DNA of 64,000 bases, taken from Yuukianura sp. NJ FZ-2021. Lineage: Eukaryota. Position 1 is the stretch's first letter. Each line of letters opens with the position of its first letter. Location of the stretch: contig CM102284.1 of the NCBI GenBank assembly GCA_046563655.1, positions 1,116,001 to 1,180,000 of the forward strand. The letters run 5' to 3'. The notes beneath the pieces are model-generated. The model saw only the letters and a list, made by a program, of their open reading frames with translations, ran no database searches and was not told where the DNA came from. Both the position numbers and the translations under genes were made by a program. Below, in pieces: positions 51,031 to 64,000 of this stretch.

Positions 51031-54000
51031 TCACTCTTGAACTTTGTGTAATAGAAGAAAGGGAGGATTTCGAAAAAATACACGCCAATTAAGATGCAAA
51101 CATATAAGTTTTTATTTAAGCATTTGGGACGCCAAACTTCCTGTATGGTGTTAATTTTAAATTGATAATCCAAATTAAAGTTCAATTTTTCTGTTGTCCT
51201 GCAATTAGGGGAGTTTGTATCCAATGGAGAATGTGAAACTCCAATTTCGGCTTCAGGGGCCATTTTGAACATCCAAAACATCCCAGACTTGTTCCAATAC
51301 TGTTCGAAGGGCAGAAAAATCCATAAGCGCTTCTTGACTTCGTCGACGAGTCATGCGTATAGTTTGAATTTTGGTAAGCTTTTGCTCCACGGTATCCTCC
51401 GGGAACACTGTAGCCGACACGTACTCGTTGTGGGTCGAGAGAGCGGAGATCAAGGAAGTAGAAAGCGCGCGCTCTAGGATAGTTTCTAGGAAAGGACTCC
51501 CAAGTGGTCCAGCGCGTATTCAAGGTGCTCAGGAGCGGAATAGTGCATATATTGATGAAGAAGTGCCAATAGAAGTTGATCTTTTAACCTAACCTAACCT
51601 TTTAGCGACATGACAGATTTTCGTGATTTGACAAGGGATTCGCTTAGTAGACTAGTTAGCTAGCTAGAACGGTCACTGTCGCGAACCGAAAAACTGAATG
51701 CAAGATGCAAAAAATGTAATATGCAAAGCGTCAGTGCTCTTCCGATTCGTCCTTTTTCTTTTGTTGAAGTGTGTGAACGTTAGTTTGCTTGTAAATGTAG
51801 CCAGATAGCCATGACGTTTAGATATCACGAAATTACTTTGAAGTATGAACGTAAAATCAATATAAAATAATTCCAACCTGCATGGACCTTCCAAGTCGAG
51901 TCATGGCGGAATCATGCATGTCATTCCTCCGGTACAAACTCAACTGCTCAAATAAATCATGCAAAATATAGTAACTAATAAACTAATCATGCAATTAGGC
52001 CAACCAAAACTAGTGTTTGAGATTAAGCAAGATGATTTGTACCACTCTGTCAAACGTCCCTGGAAAGTTGTTAGCAACGGCCGGTCACTCGGTGGCGTCG
52101 TGAATTACATTATGATTTTCATAATATTTTAAAAGTTGAACATCGTCTGAAATTGCTTCTAGGTGCAGCTTATATAGTGTTGACGCGGCTCTCATGTAAG
52201 TACCACCTTTCATTGCGCAACAGGGAGAATTCCCTAAAGAAACGACCAATAACATCACAGAATAGCAGCGTCTGACAAACCACAGAGAACGATGGATACC
52301 GTTGCCAGATTATGTCAGGACGTTATAAAATTAAAGAAGCATCGTTACATTTTTGGGGAAAGTTATCATTTAAAATTGAAATGTTCTGAGTGATACGCCC
52401 CCGTCAACGTATCACCACACCTTAATTAAGACGCCTTAGTGTCTCTGGCCACAGAAAACGTTACAAGTAAAATTATTTTTAAAAAATGGAACAACAAAGT
52501 AGTACACCCCTCGAGTCAAATTCAAATCTAAATTCTCTTTGTTCGTCATACAACTCAAATTCGTCAGTTTCAGCTGTAGTGAAAACGTTAACTTTATTTT
52601 GAAAGAATAAAAACTTTTACTGTGAGATTTGAGAGTTGCAGTTTGCAATTGAAAGTAAACTTTTATTTTCAAAGTTTAAAGGTTATTGAACTCGGGGATT
52701 TTTTTTAAGTCTCTTGTTGATCACTTCCCAGAAGCTAATGGTAGGTTCCCAGCAACTTTGTTTCTCCTCGTTCATGTTTCTTATGTTCACTTACTTTTTC
52801 GTCAATTCACTTTCTCGCCTACGAGATTAAACTCAGCTTATTTCGAATGCATCTGGGCTTGGGGTTCGGTGCAGCGACTCCACCTGCATGAAGATCCTTG
52901 ATTTCCCCAAATTCTTGTACTGACAACTCTAGGCTGGGCGGGGGTCAGTTACCTTAGTAAGAACGTTTGCAATTGATAGCTACAAAAATTTGCCCTAGTT
53001 CATTATCAGGCTCTGGTGTCTGCTGGTCCTTTGCTTGGCGCATGAATTTTCATACCCACGAAGCATTAGAAATCGCTTGCATGTAATTCTAAATATTATA
53101 TTTTAGACTAACCAGAATGGGTCTCAAATCAGTGATCGGTGCATCCGTTCTCTCTCTCTATCTTGCCTTGGAAAAGTTTCCGGTATTTGTACCGTTTCCG
53201 GGATTTTTATGTTGAAGATTGCGTTTTTCAAATTAACGTCCCCATACTCTTCGATTGTCGAATAAACTTTTTTTATAACATTTACATTTGGCGTCAACCT
53301 GAATAGAAGCCATTTCTTGGGTGATGAACGAGAAAATGCAAGCAGACTATCTGTGACTGAAACAGTGAATGACTGATTTTTGGACTAATGCTAGTTGCAC
53401 TGTCCAATACCTTCCAGCAGTGAGGAGGCAGGAAGTTCCACCCACCTCACTGACACAACCTTACCTTCCTATAATCAGAACATTGTATTTCATTTATGTA
53501 ACATAGACTACTGCAGTAATATCTCGAAAGCCAATACATTTTACCTTACCTTAATCAATTTCATTCCATCAAGGAGAGTCGTAAAGTAAATGCAGTTTAG
53601 TAAATTGAAAATGTAAATTGTAAAGTGCTAGTACCGTTTCGCTTTCACTTGTATTCTAGATGACAAAGTTACTCCGGTAACTTTCCTCGGTAACTGACCG
53701 GTAATAACTGAAACAAAGTTTCCACGGTTACCTTGAAAGTGCGTAAAGTAGTTTTTTTTTGTAAATATTCATGCGTATTATTTTAAAAGTTGAACACCGT
53801 ATGTAATTGCCCCTGGGTGTAGCTTATACTGTTTCGGGAAGACGCGGGATTACAGCACCGATTTCGATTAAGAGAATGTAACATAAGTGCTAAATTTGGA
53901 GCATATTTATTGTAGTAGCTTAAATACTTAGGTTAAAACTAGGTCGTATTGATAATTTAGTTACTAACCTAACAACTAATATATAAAAAATAGTTAAATT

Positions 54001-54175
54001 AATAATTACAATGATATAAATTTGCTGTTTTTATTTTAAAAAAACGACGGATGTTTTTCAAAGACAAAACTTCAAACAATAAAACATTTGAGTAGATATT
54101 TAAAATTGTTATTTACAAATATTCATTTTTGACAGTTTTAACTTATATGTGTTCAAACTAATTTTTACTAATTAC

Positions 54176-56985
54176 CTAATTACAAACGTATTCTTCCCGT
54201 TTGAACGGGCACATTTCACACTCGACTTTGCAACACCACACGAATTGGCAGTTGCAAGATTCCGTTCCAGTTCGAATCATCGTTTGGTAACCACGACTAC
54301 AGCACAGGCGCAGACAACTTTCTCCACTGCCAGTGTCACCGGTTCGACTACAGGTACGGCCCTTTGTTCCCAATATGTTAATACTACAAAAATCAAAACA
54401 GAAAATTGTGTAAAAACCTAGAGCAAACTGTTTTTTGAATCAATTTTGTAGATTTACGTTTGATTTTGTTCGCAGTAGTCCGGCGACTCTTCGATAAACA
54501 CCAGATCCCTCTTTGTCGGTCTCTTCATGCCTGAAATGTAAGGTTTGAGCCTGAGAGATGTCTTCTGCGACGAAGCAGAATCCAATGATTTTGAACTTAG
54601 CGGGAAATCGGAGTTTTGTGGTTTTGGCTTCTTGAGTTCTGCAGGGCCGTCACGCAGAACCGGCCTCATTCGAAAAGCGCCTTCAAACCTTTCGCTAATT
54701 TTCTCTGCCACGGTTCGAAACGATGAGAGAACACGCCAACAAACTTTCATTGTACAAGACCCAGAAACGCCGTGACACTTGCATGAAGTATTCATGGACG
54801 TTTTCAATAACTAAAGTTCAAAAACAAAAATTTAATTTTTTTAGCATTTCTAAAATTCATAATTTTGAGATTAAGCTTTTGATCTTTACCCGACGACCAG
54901 CCTCATTGTTGTGAAGATTCATCAACCCATCGGCTGTTGTCCTGTTTTCAGTTGAATCGACAAAATCTTTGGTAAATTGAGCTCCAAATTTCACGTCCTG
55001 AAAATTTGAAACAAATTATAGCATGAAATTTTTGAAAATTTCGAATTGTAAACGTTTTTTTTTACTTCTGAGCAACCACCCCACTGCCATTTGCCCTTGG
55101 TGTTCCGCGAGCGAACAGTTTCATCACAGGAACATTTGTCCAGCATTCCACGGGCACAGGATTTGGTCACCTCATAGGCAAGGGCGGCTGCTGATATGGC
55201 ATGAACGTAGGCTTTTTCTCGACTGTCTGTGAAAGTTTCAAAAATTGTTGAAAAATCTCTCAAAAAAGGTTTTACTTTGCAATTTTTTTTAGATTTTACA
55301 CTTACGAATATCTAGAACTTTTCCAAAAGCATTCGGAGCTTGTTCTATTACAGAACAGTTCCACCGGTAGGATTTTAGTTGGAACTGACATTCTTCGATT
55401 CCAAGCCTCGCTCCGGCTCTTATTACCTGAAAATCAAAAATTCCTTGGATTCAAAAACTAAATTTTTGGAAAAAGTATTTCAAAATTTTTACCGTCAGAA
55501 CTTTCCCTTCTGTCTCTTTGCAGAGTTTTCTCTGGTACTTGACAAAGTAAGGAAAGTTTTCACAGTGCGTCGCTTGGAATGGTTCTGAGGTCATGTCATT
55601 TGGGAAGTGGTGGTGGTGTGTGTTGTCAGTGCCCAGCAACCTACAACACAAAAACAAAATTTTCAAAAAAAAAAAAAAACAAACAAACAAAAACAAATTG
55701 AATTCCATGATTTTTTTTTAAATACAAAAGCTTTTCTAGCAGTACACTCTCAGTTTCTCGTGTTTTTGAGGAATATGAACAAATTTTCATTTTTTTTTTT
55801 GTGTTTTTGTTAATAATGTTAAAGTCACTTGTAGGATTTTCATGAAGTGCATGGGGTAAGGTTAGGTTATGTTAAATTGGATGGAAATTTGATGCTATTA
55901 TGCTTAGGTTAGGTTTTTGGGGTGGAGAAAATAGGATGGGATCAACGAGGGAGAAAGCATCGCATTAACTCTAATGTTTTCTGGTTTTCTCCCTTGTGCC
56001 CCAATGCGTCTTTTGTGGTTTGAGCACCGTAATACGTCCTTATTGCATTACATATTGAGCCATTCAGGGTAGTTTTTCTACTCAACTTTTTGAAGGGATG
56101 TTACACAAAACGCATGAACTTTCATCTGCTTGTTATGTAACGCGGGAAGTTTCAATTTCCCAAAGGACACTTTGATTTTCAGGATTCTGATGATGGGAAA
56201 CACTCAACGTAAATGAGTCACGCAGAACATGGAAGATTGGAAATTACTCAAATCAAATCAAAAAACCAGCAGAAAACTCTAGCTTTGGAAACTTTTGAAT
56301 AAAAATGTGAATTTTTCCCGAAATTTTTCCAAATCGATGGCTTTGAAAATCAAATTTTAGTGCATTTTACTAAAATCTCTGGAGGGAGTAACTATGCGAG
56401 CCTTGATTAAGGAATCTTGAGCGTACTCTGAAAAGGCAACAAAAAGCCTGGGAAATTTGGAATCCTCGTGGCAGTTTTACGGTTGATAATCCTACTTTAT
56501 GGTTTCCGTTCCGTTTTTAGTCCTAGTTTAGGAGCGGGGATCGGGATTGGTTCCCGCATTCTTTCATTGAAGCGCATCATAAAGTTAATGAATTGAATTT
56601 AAACACGAGCATGCGTGATGGAAAAACAGAAATAAAATACAACTTTTTTGTGACTGATTTTCTACCAATTTTTGAAATTTTGAAGTTTTTGAGACAATTG
56701 GAGCTTTTTTTTTTGGCAAGATCTGAAAAACAAAAGACTAAGACTTTATAGTTCCGCTACTTTTCTTTTCTCTAAGCTTTTTTTTTGTAATCCAAATGTG
56801 CTTGGCGTTAAGTGTTTCAGATTAAAATTCTTCTCAGTCGCCAAAAATGAGTTACCAAATCGTCAATTTTGAAGTTTTAGTCAAAACAAAACTTACCACC
56901 ATGAAGCTTGCACAAAATGTACTAACACCACAATAACACCAAAACTTGCGTTCGTTACTCCTTTTAATCGTAGCACTTTTTTCAT
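54176..56985 (-). CDS. WntA: Wnt ligand, most similar to arthropod WntA
   Basis: Signal exon MKKVLR...VQASWW|, ECQFQ..RWNCS, SREKAYVHAI, WQWGGCSED, GLMNLHNNEAGRR, CKCHGVSGSC, SPDYC, CNCQFVWCC. The subfamily call is from recalled motif similarity. Confidence 0.85.
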
Positions 56986-59724
56986 TTTTGTGTTTTGAAG
57001 GTCAACTTTCACTTTAAAACTTTCACTTTATGGTAAGCATCAGACTGACAGAATGTGTAAGTTCAAAAGTATTCAAAACTGTAAAAACTGAAATTTCTGT
57101 TGATTTTGAAAGCTCGCTCCAGTACAACATCTTTACTTTCACTTTTTAGAAAATTTTATTTTAGAAACAATTGCACTTTGATCTTAGTGATGAAAAAGTG
57201 AACTGGAAAATCGAAAATGCGGAAGGAATTGAGCAGATAGCTTTCGTCACTCCGTCAAAAACCCAAATGTTGACGGACTGAAAAACTTTTTTGAAAATGC
57301 ACGTTTCGAAAAGCGGCCTGGGAAGTTCACCCAGTGCAAAGAGACTCAGAGCATCAACTAGTACAAGCCTCATATGCTGCAGTACTATAAGGGCAAGAGG
57401 CAGAAGGTCATAAAAGTCTGGTCAAAATTAGTCGAAACCTCCCGCCTCTTTTACTCCACCAACATCACAAAATTTTGAAGAAAAAAAATCAACAATTCTC
57501 CAGGCGCATGAGCTGCTAAACGTTTCCCTTCGCTTACAAAATTTCATAAAAATTCAGAATCCGTGAAAACGCAACATCAAATTTTTATACCGAGTAGTCT
57601 TTTGTAAAATTGTGTTAAAATTTTGTTTTTTGGAAACATTTTAGTTTTTGTAAAAACCGAGTTCCTACGACATAGAAACCGTGAAAACTGCGCCTTATTC
57701 CCTAGAAGATCATAAAAAGGAGTAAATTACATGTTAGTTTTTCTCACTCGCGCCCTTTTTGTGACCCTCTGCTGCACGAAATTCAAACAAAAACAGAATC
57801 AATTTGTTTTAAGATGTTTCCAATCTCAATTATATACTCAACCTCACTCAAGGTTGTTCTAGACACGCCCATCAAAAAGCATGACCTGACCTGACTCATT
57901 CTTCGATTCAACATGATCATACTAGAAGCTTATTCAGTGTAAATTCCCAAAAAGTAATTGGTCAACAAATTTTATTGGTCTAAAACTACATTTAAGCGTG
58001 TGTTGCAAAAAAAAAAAACGAAAAAAAAAGTGAAAGAGAAGAGGGGACTTTCTCTTGGGAAAGTTAATTGGCAAAACAGGTGAGTTACTGCTGGTAACCC
58101 CCATGTTCTCAAACTGATGAAGTATTTTGTGGCCACTATTTTTCTGACTCAACACTTTTTTTTCGTTTTCTTTTAAAAAATCCAAGAAAAATTTTAAAAA
58201 CAAACTTATATTTTAGTAACGTTTGATGCTACTTGCAACGCATTTGCTCCACACCTTTTGATTTCCATGTTTCAGATGACCATGGAATTTACTAGCGGTA
58301 GACTTCTGTAGCATTTTCTTTTGAATTTTGACTACAGTCTATATTTTTACTTTAAAATTTTAAGAACTTTTTTTTAACCCAATTTTCCGAGAAATTAAAA
58401 GCCTACTACCAAATTTTTGCAGTTTTGCAAAAACTTTTTATGTTTTATGCGAGGTCAAAAAAGCACGTTGTTTTGTGTTTTGGAGGCGGGATTTCATTGG
58501 TGTTTTGTGAAACTGGAGGTCAATGACCTCTAGAAGAGTATATTCTGCGTGAGTGACGCTATTGGTAAATTTTTCTTTCGTTTTTGTGTTATTGATTTTG
58601 GTATTTGGAAATGACTTTTACATCTTTTGAGAACAAAGTATTACATTTCAAAATGCATAAAAGTTCATTTACAAAGAGCAAACACGGTTAGCCCAAAAGC
58701 ATTTGGATCCTGCTTCTCCATGAACAATTTCTGGGTTTCCTCTATTGTTAGACGCCGCAAGTCGTGGGAGAGTAGCTTCCTGTTGTCAATCCAAGAAAAA
58801 AATGGTCGTAAATTTTGAAAGCGGCAGACACACATCTTCTCTCGATGGACCTTAAGGAATTTCTAATTTTTTCATTTCAAACTCATTGAAAGTAGAAGAA
58901 AGTGGAAGAAGTTTCCATTTCCTTTTAAATTTTTACGACTTGAGCGAGATGGAGTCGTAAAAATATTGCTTTTTGGAAGAAAGCAAATGGAAACAGATGG
59001 AGAGTGTGTAAGGAAGCAGAAGCAAAATTTCGAAAATAAAACGGAGCTGACTATTATACCAGAAGATGATTTCAAAAATTAACAGGAATCGAATCAATTT
59101 GTCATGAAATTTACAAAAACCTATAAAATCCAAAATAAAAACTAACGAAAAAATGTATTTTTTATATTTTTTTTGTTTCTTGTTGTTTTTCTTTTGTTTG
59201 AAAATTCTTGTATGTTTCGTGTGTAGGTTTAAAAATTTTTGTTTTTGGAGTTGCCTCTCTTTGATTGGCTCTTATTGCATAGGCTCTGTATGGTACAAAT
59301 TTGCGTCGGGATTGGGACTACTAGTTATATCCGGATAGCGTGCAGAAATTCAATATGCAAAACATTCGTTTGAAAACTTAGTTTTAGAAAATTTGAAGAC
59401 ATTTCGTGCTCGAGGCCGCACAACAAGCAAATTTTCTGCGGAAAATTATTTCTGCTGTAGGCGTCTTTAGTCATACAGCACCAGAACCTAAATTTATGCA
59501 AATTTCGAAGAGCTTTCTGGACTACATTTCCAACTGGTTCAAGTCCCCCCTGTAATCAACACAATTCAGCACATAAAAACTCCTTCCTACGTAAATTATG
59601 TTGTAGAATACAACATTTGCTAGGAATTTAACTTACCTTCTACTACAATTAGTAGTTGCGTCGCATTCGGCAATTGTGAAGCATAAGAGAAAGAGCTTGT
59701 TTGTCAAAGAATAAATCAATCAAA

Positions 59725-62445
59725 ATGTTTGTGTATTTTCAGTTTACTCTAATCATTTGTTGCTCGTTTTCTGTAACTATTGCTACATCTTCAGAATCAG
59801 ATCTGCTGAACTTTTCAGGTTTTAAGCACTGCTTTATTGATATTTTTGAAGCTGAGGATAGTGGAATATTCTCAACTTCAGTAGTTTCTGTTCGAGAGAG
59901 CTTAACTGAAAATAGCAATTACTGGCAACAAAAGCATGTTGCATGGAATTCAAGTAAACAAAATTGTTATGTCATTTTGGACATTTACCCAGACAATCCT
60001 CTTAGATTTATTGGAGCATTTCCTGCCTACGAATGGTTGGTTGAATGCCTTCACAACTTGACTTTCGCCGCAAATTGCTATGGTAAATACACTTACTATT
60101 TGACAGTTACCCGTAAAGATCCATCGTTAGACAGGATTACAAAGCTTTCATACCGTGCTTTGCATCGTAGTTGGCTTGATGCCCCAGTATTTATTTTGAC
60201 CGTCACACATAATTCACGCAAACTTTCGACAGTTCTGTACTATCCCTGTAACAGAAAAGTCACTCAAATCCCCTACGCAGAAAACAACTCAAATCAAATT
60301 GAGACGAAGTTTGAGCGAGCTGATTTTGACAATCTGTTCGAAATTTTACTGTTGTACGCGTGCCCAGTAAAATGGATATATGAAACTGAGGAACGTATTG
60401 ATTTTGGCCAAAACATTTTCAAAAATGGGCATAGGTCGTTACCGAGATATTCATCAGAAGACTTGATTTGGAGTATTGTTAGCTACTTAAATGAAAAAAC
60501 AGGTGAAAATGTTTCAAACATTTTGATTCAGAAATTGATGCAAACTCATCCCAAAGAAGAACATATTATTATAATGTACGTGGATTTTGTGGATTCTATA
60601 AAAGATAAAAGAAAAAGGATTAAAATTCTCAGGCCTCCACAAGAAGCGTTTGCAGTTAGCGTTGGAACACTAACGTACAACTTCATTACTTGTTCTGGTA
60701 CTCAGAAGTTTTTGACTTTTCAACCGTTAGTTTCACCATTCAGAATTTATTCCTGGATTACAACATTGATTACCTTAGTTATTGGAACAATTTCTCTAAA
60801 ACTAACATTTTTTCGACCATTTCATTTCCGAGAGTATGGATTCATTGCATTTGATGTAATTTTGGAACAAGGAGTTCAAATTTCGAAAAATATTGGATTG
60901 TCAACCAAATTCAGACTTGTTTTTGCCGCAATTATTTTTGGAGGTGTGGTGTTGACAAATTGTTACAGAGGCAAGGTAACCTCAAATTTAACAGCACCGT
61001 TACCTACAGCAACAATGAAATTTTTTTCGGAAGCGATGGAAAGAAATTTTACAATTTTGCTACCAATTCCGGTTTCTTTGTTGTCACGACAGGCAGGGTG
61101 TAAGTATATATTTCAAAACTCTTAAATTAATTAGTACCACAGATTTCCAGCGCTAAAGGGTTACATATAATATTACTTGCCACGCTTTAATGTCATATGT
61201 AGTTATAGCTTATATACTTATACCAATAACATAGATGCACTGGTATTGATAATCATAGGTCGGAAAATTAAGATAAATTTTTAGGACTTTATAAAATCTT
61301 TAAAAATGTTAAACAATTATATATTCTTTTTTGAGGATAACATCTTTCAGTAATTACGAGCCATTTAGACCAATTTTTCTTTAGATTTTATAGGATTTCG
61401 AGGAAATCTACCCAAAAACCCATTGTTCTGCTAGAATTGTTTGGGGATTTTTGATTTGTATCATGAAACACGAAAGTTTGACACGTAAAATTGTGTGCCA
61501 ATTCTTTTTTTTTTTTGCGTAGGGCAAAACATGACAATGGAAAACTTTGAAAAGTCCATTATGTCAAGTTTTGAAGTTGTTACACCAACTGATATTCAAT
61601 ATTTTTGTATTTTTGCGAACTTTTTTTTGGGCCTTTTTTTGGCATGTGCTTGTGAGATTTTAGAGTTCTTAAAACGCCGTTTTTGGAACTTTCTTTTCCG
61701 GCCTTTGTTAATAATATTTAAAAATCAAAGTAAAATTTATTATTCACATTATGTTACTTTTGTTACAGGGTTCAAATCACTGCTATTTGGCGGTTCAATG
61801 GAAGTAAGGCAATCATTACTGAAGGGTGTGCTCACTCGCTCTGGATTCCTAAAAAAAGTCTGGGATGAGGGAGATTTTGCCGCCAAGAAAACAATGCGAA
61901 ATTTGATGACCAAAATTTACCACTCAATTGTTATATACTTCCTCACTACGTCCTTGAACATCACCATAACAAATACAACATGGACTGAAAAGTTTTTTCA
62001 TTGTAACGACAGTATTCTTCTTGGCTCTCATGAGGATATAGATACAATTTATGCTGGAATGATACATCAAAAAAATTTTGAAAGTGTTGTCTATGGCCAA
62101 GAAAACCTGTTTCCACAAGATCGGATATTTGGTTTCACAACGCTTCAGTGGGATCGACTCGACTTTGTCCGACGCCGTTTTGCTGCAATATTCCATTCAC
62201 ATGTATTTTACTACTCAAGAGCGAGGAGAATCGGTTCAATTGATGCATCCTTCAAAAAACATAACGCTAAAAACAAAGTTAAAGCAAAACAATTAGGAAA
62301 TGAAAGTAATCTTCTGATGTCAACGTACATTATCTATAGCGCATGCATTGTAATTTGTGTTATACAATTTCTACTAGAGCAGGTTCTGAATTTTGTTAAC
62401 ATTCTGTATTTTTTTAAAACGTTGAAGTGGAGGCCGGATCGGTAG
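59725..62445 (+). CDS. Divergent ionotropic-receptor-like multi-pass membrane protein
   Basis: Signal peptide, YNFITC...FQPLVSPF..YSW (pre-M1), ILEQG (pore-loop-like), VVLTNCYRGKVTSNLTAP (M3-like) and a terminal TM ending LLE. The internal splice pattern near 61100-61770 is uncertain. Confidence 0.65.
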
Positions 62446-63094
62446 ACACGGCAGAGTACACAAGAATTTGGTTTCAGAAAAAAACACGAGGATATAGAAG
62501 GGTTCGTGTTCAAGGCCAATTTAGTTAAATAAAATTTCCGCTTTACTTTTTTCGTTTTGAATTGAATATGCATATATTTTGAAACTGCTCGCCTCCAACA
62601 TATAATTAAGCGTCTTTTTGAAGGTATTTTTCGAAACCCAACATTTGATCACAATTAAACTTTAGTTCTTTGGAGTGAACTTACCGTTAGAAGAGTTGTA
62701 ACTTTGTTGTTTAGCAAAAAGAACTCCAAACATTCCAAAACTGTTTAGACCAATGTTGCCGTATGTTTAAATTTGTTATGGGATTAGGGTTTACATAAGT
62801 ACTTCAGGATGGCGCGCATAAATTCTTTTCCAAATATTCTTTTCAAAACTTAGTTTTCGACAATTTGAAGCCGTTGGTGTTTGAGGTCATACTAAATTCA
62901 AAGGAGGAAGAAAATTATTCTAGACGCTTTCTAGTCATACAGTCTAAAGATACTAAATTTATGTACATTTGGACAAAGTTTCTGCGAGGTTCTACTGTAT
63001 ATAGATGTTGTACCTGTTTCAAGCGTTTCCAATTTTATGCTCATAATATCCTCATACTTTTTGGCCAACTTGTGCAAACCAACATGAGCATCTT

Positions 63095-63146
63095 TAGACG
63101 AGAAAAACACATTTACTCAATTGAGTAAATGTGTTTTTCTCGTCTA
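63095..63146. repeat. Perfect 52-bp palindrome
   Basis: TAGACGAGAAAAACACATTTACTCAA|TTGAGTAAATGTGTTTTTCTCGTCTA, with no spacer and no mismatch. Confidence 0.95.
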
Positions 63147-64000
63147 GGCACTTTTGTAATTGGCTTTTCCTGCTAACTACATTTAAACTTGTACACTTCA
63201 ACTAAAAGTTTTGAGACCAAAGAATCACATTAATGCTTTTCTTTTTTTTAAAGACTCAAAATTTGATGAGTTCTTATTTGTTTAGTTTTGAACAAAACAG
63301 CGCAAATGCCTGTAAAATTTTAATTTACTTATTAATTTAATGCATTTATTGTTCAATTTATGTTTCATCTGATAATCTAAGATTCCGAACAATGTGTGAA
63401 GTAAAATTAAGATACTATTTCCAATACAAGAATAAATGAACTGATTGCCACGACCACGCAAAGATTTCGGTAAAATTATGCAATTAGTCACTGAATAGAC
63501 TAAGATCCAACTTCGGAATTTTTTTACAAGACACAAGTTTGTTTCCATCACTCGGAAGCAGTCTAATTGATAGAATAAAAAAAAATTCTACTATAGTTGG
63601 ATTAAGTCCGTTTGTTGAATTTGTGACTTACAGTTGCATTTCTAAAATGCTTTCCGGATACCCCTTGACATTTCTGCAAACGAGATTTTTCAATGAAATT
63701 GCAAAGATTTGTGCATATTGTGCTTCAGTAAATGAGTGTCTGTCTGTGAAGAAAAGTCTATCTCCATACTTCAAATTATTAAATTGAATTCCCTGGAAAG
63801 ATAAATCAGCCTTAATAATATATATTGTAATTAATTATATAAATATTATTAATTAAGTAGTAACCAAAATCAGTCACAAGTTGTACCTGGAGACAAGCCA
63901 TTGTTGCACCAAGTACAGCTCCTGGACTCCGTTTCTCACTCAAACCTCCAGTGAATAAATCAATGTCTCTGGCATCCGCATACACTTGCTTCAGTAGTTC

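Noticed and set aside
51182-51592. GC-richer ORF-like patch open in several frames
   Set aside because: No family motif or consistent splice structure could be recognised; left unannotated within the degenerate block.
55850-55915. Telomere or interstitial telomeric array (TTAGG); similar motifs at ~38785 and ~51585
   Set aside because: Only 2-3 degenerate units at each place, commonly part of repeats.

Overview
Eukaryotic, intron-rich, AT-rich arthropod DNA. It is most consistent with a hexapod such as a springtail; this is inferred from gene content and TTAGG-like motifs and is not proven. From left to right: two paralogous Brinker-type HTH genes and a small BED zinc-finger gene (-), a 675-bp foldback element, an orphan helical gene, a SAM(C19orf47-like)/Pro-rich/G-patch gene, and an intronless prolidase. 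Tandem pairs follow (carboxylesterases, secreted/membrane Cys-domain proteins, F-box/LRR-like proteins), then a plant/microbial-type L-gulonolactone-oxidase-like FAD enzyme, a small membrane protein, an alpha carbonic anhydrase and two regucalcin/SMP30 lactonases. The right part holds a calpain lacking its PEF domain, a ~6-kb degenerate block (bacterial-type bioA relic, NXF1 C-terminal fragment), a WntA-like gene and a divergent ionotropic-receptor-like gene. Several transposon insertions are bounded by exact target-site duplications, and some have empty sites in the paralogous copy. The most notable items are an intact ORF1-only poly(A) retroelement with a 14-bp TSD, a GULLO-like plus SMP30 neighbourhood (possible ascorbate-pathway link), and the bioA pseudogene that starts where the calpain breaks off. 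All gene models were spliced by eye and no database searches were run.
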